A DNA stretch of 64,000 nucleotides, taken from Flavobacteriaceae bacterium. Its GTDB lineage: Bacteria; Bacteroidota; Bacteroidia; Flavobacteriales; Flavobacteriaceae. The DNA is taken from positions 22,943-86,942 of the forward strand of contig JBJKWZ010000002.1 of assembly GCA_045561795.1 (NCBI GenBank). Reading direction: 5' to 3'. This document shows positions 48,881 to 57,764 of this stretch, piece after piece; position 1 is the stretch's first letter; every line of letters begins with the position of its first letter. Both the position numbers and the translations under genes were made by a program. The notes beneath the pieces were generated by a model. It was not told the origin of the DNA. It made no database searches and saw only the letters and a list, made by a program, of their open reading frames with translations.

Positions 48881-51800
48881 ATGAATAAATTCGGCTTCCC
48901 TATTTTAAATAAAATTGTTGCTGTTGTAGTATTTACCACTGCTCTATCCACATTTTCATTGACAGTTGAACCAACAGCAAGTTTTTGGGACGCAGGGGAA
49001 TATATTTCAACTTCTGCGAAACTTCAAATTGGACATCCCCCTGGAGCTCCTTTTTATCAAATGATGGGTGCTTTTTTTTCACTATTTGCGGATGGGAATG
49101 AAAATATAGCTTTGATGGTAAATTTTATGTCGGTTTTATCTAGTTCATTTGCAATACTTTTCTTGTATCTATCTCTCGTAATCATAATAAAAAAATTTAC
49201 AAGATTAGTGGATTTAGACCCAGAAAATGAAAAGGTTTCAATTTTGGGTTCAGCGGCAATCGGTTCTTTTTCTTTATGTTTTTCAGATAGCTTTTGGTTT
49301 AATGCCGTGGAGGCGGAGGTTTATGCTATGGCAACTCTCATTTTATCAGTTTTGTTTTGGTTAGCACTAAAGTGGGAAGAAGAAATGAATACAGAATATG
49401 GAGATAAATGGTTATTAATTATATCTTTTGTAATAGGGCTTTCATTTGGAGTTCACTTTATGGGTCTTCTGACAATACCTGCCATTGGTATGATCTATTT
49501 TTTTAAAAACACAAAAAAAATTACGTTTAATAATTTTATATTATCAAATTTGATTTCTGTTGCTATTCTGCTCTTTATATTTAAACTTTTACTTCCCTCA
49601 ACTCTGGCAATTTTTGGAGAAGTTGAGGTTTATTTTGTAAATAATCTAGATCTTCCATTTAACACTGGTACAATTTTTACTGGTATTATTATTTTATTAT
49701 TCTTTTATTATGGTTTAAAATTTACATCTAAAAAAAATTGGGTCAATATTAATACAGGTATTCTGTGCTTATTTTTCGTTTTACTTGGATTTTCATCTTG
49801 GATAATGCTTCCTATAAGGGCAAATGCTAACACAGTAATAAATGAAAACTCACCCACAGATGCGAGACAACTTTTAGCCTACTATAATTTGGAACAGTAC
49901 CCAGAAACTAAACTTTTTTACGGGCCCATGTTCTCAGACATGTATGCTGGACAAGATGATATTGAACCTTATATAGATGACAAACCTAAGTATGAAAGAG
50001 ATTATACTTTAAAAAAATATGTGGTTGTCAACAATTGGGAAGGAGCAAAAGTAAACTCAAATCGAAACCACAGAGGAATTCTTCCAAGGCTTTGGAGTCC
50101 AGAACACGCAGAAAACTATATAAACTTTACAGGACCCCTGAACTTTAGATTGTCTTCCGAATATAAAAACAGTGATGAATTAAAATCAGTTGTTAGTGAG
50201 TTTTATCAGCAACAATTAGATGGAGAACTAACAGGTGAGGACTATCACAATTTTTATAAAAATATGGCAAGGTATATAGTTATTGAAAAACCAACTTTTT
50301 TATCAAACTTGTACTTTTTTATTACTTACCAAGTAAATTATATGTATGTTAGATATTTCATGTGGAATTTTGTTGGAAGGCAAGATGATATACAAGGAAA
50401 CTACGACATACTACATGGAAACTGGCTTAGTGGAATAAATTTTGTTGACGAAATTCGATTAGGAAATCAAGCCAAAATAACTGAGGATGCGAAAAATAAT
50501 AAAGCAAGAAATACATATTTTTTTCTCCCCTTAATTATCGGTCTTGTTGGTTTTTTCTTTACATACAAATATGACAAAAGTATTTTCTGGATTTTACTAA
50601 TTTTTTTCCTATTTACCGGTCTAGCTTTAAAAGTCTATTTGAACGAACGTCCTTTTGAACCCAGAGAGCGGGATTACGCACTAGTTGGATCTTTTTATGT
50701 TTTTGCAATTTGGATTGGACTAGGCGCATATAATTTATGTTTAGAAGTTAAAAAATATTGGAAGTATAAGTCCGCTGACATTTTCACAATTTTTACAATA
50801 TTCTTATTTGTTCCTTTCTTAATGGGATTTCAAAATTGGGATGACCATGACCGTTCAAATAGATATACTGCTCAAGCTGTCGCCAAGTCATATTTAACCT
50901 CAATACAAAAAGAATCCGATGCGATGATATTCACAATTGGCGATAATGATACATTTGCTCTGTGGTATGCTCAAGATATTGAGGGGTATCGAACCGATGT
51001 AAGGCCTATAAATACAAGTTTATTGGCGACTGATTGGTATATCGATCAGATGAAAAGAAAAACATATGAGAGTACTCCTATCCCCTCTCAGCTAACACAT
51101 AACTTATATGCATACGGAATTAGAGACTATATAAAGTATGAACCTGTGATTTCAGATTCGATAAGATGGGATATAAAAGATTTTGTTAGATGGATAGCAA
51201 GTGACCGAATGGAAACTAAATATAGACATCTAATAGAACAATCAGGGGGTAATCCAAATCAATTCCCTACTGGTACGCAAGAAATGGTTTATTACCCTAC
51301 CAATAAAATTAGAGTTCCAGTTAATATTAAAAATGTAATTGAAAATGGTATAGTCAAAAAAGAAGATAAGGATTTGATTGTTCCTTACATAGACATAGAT
51401 CTTCCAACCTCTGGAATATACAAGAATCAAATGATGATGTTAGATATTTTAGCAAATAATGATTGGGAAAGACCCATTTATTTTACAGGAGGCAGTTTTT
51501 CTGATTCAGAATATATATGGATGAAAGATTATCTTCAACTTGAAGGTTTAGTATACAAATTAGTACCCATAAAAACACCTCCCAATAGAAACAATCCCTA
51601 TGTTATGGGAAGAGTAGATTCTGATTTGATGTACAACATTGTTAAAGAGTGGGAATGGGGTAATTCAAATTCTAAATATATTTATCATGACCCAGAGACC
51701 AGGAAAAATAGTATTTCCTACAGAAGTAATATGGCTCGTTTAGCTGAAGAACTCATAAATAAAAATCAATTTGAAAAAGCTGAAGAAGTTTTGGATTTGG

Positions 51801-52432
51801 CAATGGAAAAAATGCCAATAGATTTCTTTGGTTATTATAGTCTATTATATCCAATAATTGATGGTTATTATAGAATTAAAAAGATTGATAAGGCAAGAGA
51901 AATTTTGGAAAAAGTGATGCTAAAACATAAATTAAAATTAGATTATTTTAACAGCCTTTCAGATTTTTTAAAGATTGATCTTGCAGAAGAAATTCTGACA
52001 GAAGTAGAAAGGTTTAGGTCATTAATTGAAACCTCCTTGAAAAACAAGGATAAAGAAAAAATGGCTGATTATATAAATGCATTTCAAAAATCAAGTACCG
52101 ACTTCTCATTTCTTTACGGTAAATATGACTTTTATACATCCCAAGAAGAATTCATTGAAGGTTTTTACCTATCAGGAGATACATTAAGCGCCAGAAAGTT
52201 AGTTGATGAGATATCATTAGTTTATGATGAAAGACTAAAACTAATTTCAAATTTTGATTCAACTAGGCAAATAGAATTAGAGGAAAGAATTATGGATGAG
52301 GTCAACGGATACAGAAGAATTTTATTTTATACTAATTTATATGATAATGAAGGGAGAGAGGAATTATTAGAAGAGAGAATTTATAATTCTATTAAAGATC
52401 TAGAAGTATTTCAAAACTTAATAAAAATTTAA
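48881..52432 (+). CDS. DUF2723 domain protein (glycosyltransferase family 117, GT-C fold; TMEM260-like) with long soluble/helical-repeat C-terminal region
   Basis: N-terminal motif FWDAGEYISTSAKLQIGHPPGAPFYQM and ~11-13 TM helices typical of DUF2723. ~500 C-terminal residues are hydrophilic and helical-repeat-like. Confidence 0.75.
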   Translation: MNKFGFPILNKIVAVVVFTTALSTFSLTVEPTASFWDAGEYISTSAKLQIGHPPGAPFYQMMGAFFSLFADGNENIALMVNFMSVLSSSFAILFLYLSLVIIIKKFTRLVDLDPENEKVSILGSAAIGSFSLCFSDSFWFNAVEAEVYAMATLILSVLFWLALKWEEEMNTEYGDKWLLIISFVIGLSFGVHFMGLLTIPAIGMIYFFKNTKKITFNNFILSNLISVAILLFIFKLLLPSTLAIFGEVEVYFVNNLDLPFNTGTIFTGIIILLFFYYGLKFTSKKNWVNINTGILCLFFVLLGFSSWIMLPIRANANTVINENSPTDARQLLAYYNLEQYPETKLFYGPMFSDMYAGQDDIEPYIDDKPKYERDYTLKKYVVVNNWEGAKVNSNRNHRGILPRLWSPEHAENYINFTGPLNFRLSSEYKNSDELKSVVSEFYQQQLDGELTGEDYHNFYKNMARYIVIEKPTFLSNLYFFITYQVNYMYVRYFMWNFVGRQDDIQGNYDILHGNWLSGINFVDEIRLGNQAKITEDAKNNKARNTYFFLPLIIGLVGFFFTYKYDKSIFWILLIFFLFTGLALKVYLNERPFEPRERDYALVGSFYVFAIWIGLGAYNLCLEVKKYWKYKSADIFTIFTIFLFVPFLMGFQNWDDHDRSNRYTAQAVAKSYLTSIQKESDAMIFTIGDNDTFALWYAQDIEGYRTDVRPINTSLLATDWYIDQMKRKTYESTPIPSQLTHNLYAYGIRDYIKYEPVISDSIRWDIKDFVRWIASDRMETKYRHLIEQSGGNPNQFPTGTQEMVYYPTNKIRVPVNIKNVIENGIVKKEDKDLIVPYIDIDLPTSGIYKNQMMMLDILANNDWERPIYFTGGSFSDSEYIWMKDYLQLEGLVYKLVPIKTPPNRNNPYVMGRVDSDLMYNIVKEWEWGNSNSKYIYHDPETRKNSISYRSNMARLAEELINKNQFEKAEEVLDLAMEKMPIDFFGYYSLLYPIIDGYYRIKKIDKAREILEKVMLKHKLKLDYFNSLSDFLKIDLAEEILTEVERFRSLIETSLKNKDKEKMADYINAFQKSSTDFSFLYGKYDFYTSQEEFIEGFYLSGDTLSARKLVDEISLVYDERLKLISNFDSTRQIELEERIMDEVNGYRRILFYTNLYDNEGREELLEERIYNSIKDLEVFQNLIKI

Positions 52433-52724
52433 TCTAGATATTCGCTTAACAATCCAATGAGCATATTTGCATCTTGTTCACCGGTCTCTCTCCATACCAT
52501 CTCTGATGATTTGTAAATTGTAAACGTTGGGGGCAGCCTTAATTCGAAGTGCTTCAACTAGCTTTGGGTTCTTTGATATATCTAATTTAATTACTTTACC
52601 TGCAACTGCTACAGCTACATCTTTTAAAATGGAATTTACGTCATCATCTTCATTATTGACATCTTAATAAAAACAGTAAAAGAATAGGTTTTTCTACTTC
52701 GATTAAATCTCCAAACTTTGACAT
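52429..52724 (-). pseudogene. Thioredoxin-family pseudogene (active site destroyed, several frame disruptions)
   Basis: Minus strand starts ATG (52724) and gives MSKFGDLIEVEKPILLLFLLRCQ*. The active-site DNA reads AGA TGT CAA TAA TG- AAG ATG ATG ACG against the expected W-C-G-P-C-K-M-M-T. The remainder continues in other frames (ILKDVAVAVAGKVIKLDISKNPKLVEALRIKAAP, then after a C5 run PTFTIYKSSEMVWRETGEQDANMLIGLLSEYLD*). No ORF of 60 aa or more is in the track here. Confidence 0.7.
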
Positions 52725-52768
52725 CTTTGATGTTCTTTATCTTCTAATTTAGTTTTTTTCAAGCTTTT

Positions 52769-53992
52769 TTATGCTTTTTTAAGAGTTATAACAGATATTT
52801 CAGGAAAAATACCAACTCTACCTGGGTATCCTAAAAAACCTAATCCTCTATTGACATTTATAACTTGTCCTTTTTCTTTATATATCCCCGCCCACTGTTT
52901 GTATCTCCATTTTGCAGGACTCCACTTTAAAAGTCCTGGAATTTCAATACCAAATTGAAAACCATGTGTATGGCCACTGAGTGTTAAATTAAAATTATAT
53001 GGATGTGGTAAAACTTGAGACTCCCAATGAGATGGATCATGTGAAAGTAAAATTTTAAAATCATTACTATTAATACTTGTGACTGCTTTTTTTAAATTTC
53101 CGGCTTTTTTAAAAGATCCCGAACCCCAATTTTCAACACCAATAAGAGCAATACGGTCGTCACCCCTTTCTATAAAATAATTTTCATTTAATAATAAATT
53201 AAAACCCATTTCTTTTTGAGTTTTTAATAGGTTATTAAAATTTTTCGTTTTTTCGTCACTTGAATTCCATTTTACATAATCACCATAGTCATGGTTGCCT
53301 AAAATTGAAAATTTTCCATCTTTGGCTTTTAAAGTTGAAATTATGTCTTTCCACCGATCAAGTTCATTAGTCCTGTTATTCACCATATCACCTGTAAAAA
53401 CAATGATATCTGATTTTTGACGATTTATGAGTTTCATGCAATAGGAAATTTCTTTTTCATTATCCAGACTTCCACAATGCAGGTCAGATATTTGGGTGAT
53501 TTTATATCCATCAAAAGATTCAGGTAAATCTTCAAACTCTAAAGTATAATTTAGAACTTTAAAATTGTACTTCCCCTTATACATCCCAATAATCAGAGAA
53601 GCAAAAGGGATGGTGGCAATTCCAATTGCTAGTGTAGATAAAAATTTTCTTCTCTCAGCTATTTTAGTTGTTTGTTCACCACCAAAAATAGTTGACGCTA
53701 AATAATTTATACCTCTAAATATGTCTTCTGCGAAGAGAAAAATAATAACAATTAAATCAAAAAGTAAAAGAGCTAAAAAGCACCCTAATGAAACACTAAA
53801 ATTGTAATTGAATCCAACTGCGCGATCTAAACTTAATGTTTGATAAACAAAATTAAGTATAATCAAACTTGATAAAAACCAATAAATAAATGAGTAAACC
53901 TTAAGGTTAGAAATTGTTCGAAACGCCTGAAATGCATACCACTGAAATGATCCTATAAAAATTATGAAAACGAGCCATCTTGTGATCTGCAT
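52769..53992 (-). CDS. Membrane-anchored metallophosphoesterase (calcineurin-like)
   Basis: N-terminal multi-TM region. Phosphoesterase motifs ISDLHCG, GDMVNN, GNHD, GHTH. Confidence 0.8.
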   Translation of the reverse strand: MQITRWLVFIIFIGSFQWYAFQAFRTISNLKVYSFIYWFLSSLIILNFVYQTLSLDRAVGFNYNFSVSLGCFLALLLFDLIVIIFLFAEDIFRGINYLASTIFGGEQTTKIAERRKFLSTLAIGIATIPFASLIIGMYKGKYNFKVLNYTLEFEDLPESFDGYKITQISDLHCGSLDNEKEISYCMKLINRQKSDIIVFTGDMVNNRTNELDRWKDIISTLKAKDGKFSILGNHDYGDYVKWNSSDEKTKNFNNLLKTQKEMGFNLLLNENYFIERGDDRIALIGVENWGSGSFKKAGNLKKAVTSINSNDFKILLSHDPSHWESQVLPHPYNFNLTLSGHTHGFQFGIEIPGLLKWSPAKWRYKQWAGIYKEKGQVINVNRGLGFLGYPGRVGIFPEISVITLKKA

Positions 53993-54028
53993 TATTTTTT
54001 TAATTTAATTTTAAAGTCTAAAATTAAA

Positions 54029-56179
54029 TTAATTTTTGATTACGGGAAAGGAGGATATCCTTAGTCGTGATGTGCCCATAGGAACCAGTTCTATAATTTC
54101 CTCTTTTTCATTTGATTCAACCGGACTATCCATTAACTCCCCAACTAATTTGGTTTCACCAATTTTCCATGATTCTATTTTTTTAGCTCTTGCCTTTATA
54201 TAAATAGGAGATGATTCATTGGTAAATGGGAAATTATCTTTGGGCCACTGTTTTTCTACAACTTCAAAAGCTTCATTTAAATCATCCTTTAAAATTAAGC
54301 CATAATTCCAAGGAGATCCAGGGTATATTTCGTAAGTAGGCCAGTTGTCCGTATCGACATCTTTTTGCCATTTAGAATCCGAAATAGCACTTTTATCACT
54401 ACGCTTGTTTACATAATTTTCTTTAATCTTTAGAGAAAAAGTTAAAGGACCATAATTCAAACTAACACTGCTGTGATTTTTCTCCCAAGTTTTTATAGAT
54501 AGGGTTTTTGGTAGATTTAAATTTACCAAATCACCATTTGACCACTTACGGTTGATTCTTAAGTATTTTCCTTTCTGAGCTGTTACTTTAATTTTTTTTC
54601 CGTTTATGAGAATTTCTGAATTTTCTGCCCAAGATGGAATTCTAAAGTATATAGGAAAAATATCCGATTTATCCATTTTGAATTCAAATAACAGATTGTC
54701 CTCGAATGGGTATTTTGTTTTATTATTTATTGAAATTTCTGTATCATCCCCAACTTTTGCATTTACAATTGATGGAGCATATACAACTGCGGCCAATCCA
54801 TTGTCGGGAGTGGCCATCCAAAGGTTTTCAGTAAAATAGGGCCATCCTTGCGTATGATTGTGCTGACAGCATCTTGAACTAAAAGGGTTAAAGTTTAAAA
54901 AGGGTCCCCAGTTTGCAATACCTGGGCCATGACTTTCTGAGTCGCTTAAAACCATGTTCGGACTTGTGATATATCTAACGGCTTTAAAGTCTGGAGAGAC
55001 GGTAGCTGGATACGAATTAAAAGCTATCTCTTCTAAATGGTCTGCCCAAAAAATATCTCCAGTTATTCTTAGTAAATGTTCATCGGAATTCATTTGTTCG
55101 ACAACGCCACAAAGCTCAATTCCCTGTCTCGGGTCATCATAACCAGGTCTAGAATTTTCATCACCTCCAAACATCCCACCCGGGACTTGACCAAAATTGT
55201 CTCTTACAATATTGAAATTCTCATAGGTTGCATTCAGGTATTTTTCATCTCCATTTAAAAGATAATATTGAGCCGGAGTTCTAAATCCTTGGGCAATATT
55301 TACATTATGCCAATCAATAAGGTCTGTAAACCAATCTGGAAATTCAACTCCTTCTCTTTTATCTTTGGGATTTTTTATATCATTTAAGTCGTGTCCTCTA
55401 CTTGTCCATGGCGCGGTTCTTCTGTATACCTTTTCAGCAAGTTCCAACAACCATTTTTCTCCAGTCCTATTATACAACCATATAACACTATGTAAATTAT
55501 CACCTCCACGAATTCTATCCCAATAATGCTTGCCTGAAAGAAGTTCTTCTTCTTCAATATCAAGTTGAAATTTAAAATAGTTTGTCATAAGATCAATTAC
55601 CCTTTGATCATTGGAATATTCATAATAAGATTGAAGGCAGTAGAGCATAATCATATTGGGCCAAAAGTCAATTGCTTTTCTTTTTTTCTGATCTAGTTCC
55701 CTAGTCCTCACATCCAAGGTGCCTGATACATAAGGCTCAGGTCCAAAATAACCATCTTCCCGCTGACTATTTAGAACCGATTCAATCCATATTTTAGCCT
55801 CATCAATCATCTCTTTGTCCTCTGTGATGTATCCAATATTTGCATAACCTTTTAACCAGTATGGTACTTCTTCCCATCCCCATTTACCTTCACCGCTTTT
55901 AGAGAGCCAAGCGTTATCTTTTTTATCTAGCCAGGCGCTTATTTTTCCTAAATTTCCTGTGAGACCATTTTTTTGTCTATTAAAATATTCTAAAAGCCAA
56001 CCTTCAGGCTTTACCGATCCCACTGGTAATTTTATCAGTTTACTTGGTTGAAGAGGTGCTCTGTTACTTACGTAATGACTATTTCTAGATTTTGTATCCG
56101 GAGAATCAACTATAGAAATTTCATCATCGCATCCAATAAAAAATAAAATTGAGACTAATAGAAGTAATTTGTATTTCAT
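54029..56179 (-). CDS. Glycoside hydrolase family 127-like protein (DUF1680, beta-L-arabinofuranosidase family), lipoprotein
   Basis: Lipobox LFFIGC. (alpha/alpha)6-like region and SSRCCQHN cysteine motif reminiscent of GH127/DUF1680 Zn-Cys sites. The family call is by motif memory, not alignment. Confidence 0.6.
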   Translation of the reverse strand: MKYKLLLLVSILFFIGCDDEISIVDSPDTKSRNSHYVSNRAPLQPSKLIKLPVGSVKPEGWLLEYFNRQKNGLTGNLGKISAWLDKKDNAWLSKSGEGKWGWEEVPYWLKGYANIGYITEDKEMIDEAKIWIESVLNSQREDGYFGPEPYVSGTLDVRTRELDQKKRKAIDFWPNMIMLYCLQSYYEYSNDQRVIDLMTNYFKFQLDIEEEELLSGKHYWDRIRGGDNLHSVIWLYNRTGEKWLLELAEKVYRRTAPWTSRGHDLNDIKNPKDKREGVEFPDWFTDLIDWHNVNIAQGFRTPAQYYLLNGDEKYLNATYENFNIVRDNFGQVPGGMFGGDENSRPGYDDPRQGIELCGVVEQMNSDEHLLRITGDIFWADHLEEIAFNSYPATVSPDFKAVRYITSPNMVLSDSESHGPGIANWGPFLNFNPFSSRCCQHNHTQGWPYFTENLWMATPDNGLAAVVYAPSIVNAKVGDDTEISINNKTKYPFEDNLLFEFKMDKSDIFPIYFRIPSWAENSEILINGKKIKVTAQKGKYLRINRKWSNGDLVNLNLPKTLSIKTWEKNHSSVSLNYGPLTFSLKIKENYVNKRSDKSAISDSKWQKDVDTDNWPTYEIYPGSPWNYGLILKDDLNEAFEVVEKQWPKDNFPFTNESSPIYIKARAKKIESWKIGETKLVGELMDSPVESNEKEEIIELVPMGTSRLRISSFPVIKN

Positions 56180-56251
56180 CTAATAAATTTAGAGATAGAT
56201 TTTTAAAATATAAAAAATAATTGTGTTTTATACATTTATTTAACTTAATCT

Positions 56252-57577
56252 TTAAAGAGTAAAAAAAGACTTTTCCAATTGCATTGCTCTACTGTCTGAC
56301 AAACTAGCAACAAAACATGCACTATTAAGAAACGTTTTGTAAATACTTTTTTTATCAATAATTGGATGATTTTTTGGAATAAGCCTCAAAATGAGTTTAT
56401 CATAAGAAGTCTCTTTGTTTTGAAATTTATTTAATGCAGCTGTAGTAATATTTTTTAAAAGAGAGTTGATTATTTTGTACCCAATTATCTCTTTTTTTAG
56501 AACATTTTCAGAGCGATAAACTTTTTCTTTACTAATTGAAATAATGTCTTCCATCTGAGCTTTGTATTTGCTCTTATCAAGAAGGGCATGCGGATATTGC
56601 CCCGTCATAATATTTTGATAATTTTTTAAAAATTGGTTTACCGAATCTACAATTAGGTTATTTATTGCAAGTGACCTTAAATAAGCTATTCTCTGAGAGG
56701 TGTGGATTAAAGAGTTGTACTTTTTAGTATCTATGTTGTCCTTAACTAGTTTTATAAAATATTCTAGAGCATAGTCTTCGGATATCCATCCCAAATTAAT
56801 TCCATCCTCAAAATCAATTATCGTGTAGCAAATATCATCTGCGGCTTCAACCAAATAAGCAAGAGGGTGGCGTACAATTTCTCCACTAATTTTTAGTCCT
56901 AGGTCATCTATTATATCTTCAAAAATTCCTTCTTCGGATTTGAAAACACCAAATTTTTTGCTCGCAACATGATTCGAATTTGCATTTGGATATGAAAACC
57001 TGGGATATTTTATATATGATCCTAAAGATGCGTAGGTTAGCCGAAGTCCACCTTCATTTCCGTTTATAGATTCGGTTAAAATTTTTAACCCGTTTGCATT
57101 CCCCTCAAAAAGACAAAGATCTTGGTACTGAACCTTAGTTAACATGGATTCAAATTCTTTTCCTTTTCCAGTTTTGAAAAATTGTCCAATCGCCTTTTCT
57201 CCACTATGCCCGAAGGGAGGGTTTCCAATATCGTGAGCGAGTGAAGCAGCTGCAATAATTGCTCCAAAATCGTTAGCTTGATAACCATGTTCTTTTTGTA
57301 AATCAGGATTTACTTTTAAAATTTCAACCCCTGCCATCCTTCCAAGACTTCTTCCTACTACCGATACTTCCAGACTATGGGTAAGACGAGTATGAACGAA
57401 ATCTGTTTTAGAAAATGGTATAACTTGCGTTTTATCTTGCAAAGACCTAAATGGAGAAGAAAAAACGATTCTATCGTAATCAACTTCAAATCCTAATCGT
57501 ATTTCATTTTGTTGGTTTCTAATTCTTTTTTGCGTATCGCCAAATCTTTTTAACGAAAGTAATCTCTCCCATTCCAT
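56252..57577 (-). CDS. dGTPase-like deoxynucleoside triphosphate triphosphohydrolase (HD domain)
   Basis: FRSLQDKTQV, HTRLTHSLEV, AHDIGNPPFGH, EAADDI motifs of the Dgt family. Confidence 0.85.
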   Translation of the reverse strand: MEWERLLSLKRFGDTQKRIRNQQNEIRLGFEVDYDRIVFSSPFRSLQDKTQVIPFSKTDFVHTRLTHSLEVSVVGRSLGRMAGVEILKVNPDLQKEHGYQANDFGAIIAAASLAHDIGNPPFGHSGEKAIGQFFKTGKGKEFESMLTKVQYQDLCLFEGNANGLKILTESINGNEGGLRLTYASLGSYIKYPRFSYPNANSNHVASKKFGVFKSEEGIFEDIIDDLGLKISGEIVRHPLAYLVEAADDICYTIIDFEDGINLGWISEDYALEYFIKLVKDNIDTKKYNSLIHTSQRIAYLRSLAINNLIVDSVNQFLKNYQNIMTGQYPHALLDKSKYKAQMEDIISISKEKVYRSENVLKKEIIGYKIINSLLKNITTAALNKFQNKETSYDKLILRLIPKNHPIIDKKSIYKTFLNSACFVASLSDSRAMQLEKSFFTL

Positions 57578-57764
57578 GTAGCAAAAATAATAGGTTTTAT
57601 AAGCAAAATATAATTATCTAAATATAATATTAAAATCATGGTAACATTCTGCTAACATTAGATAACAATTATTTAAAAAACACATCTTGATTTTTAACAG
57701 TGAGTTAAAAAAAATGGGTATTGATATAAATAGATTTGGGTCATAATTTTAATCAAAATAAATC

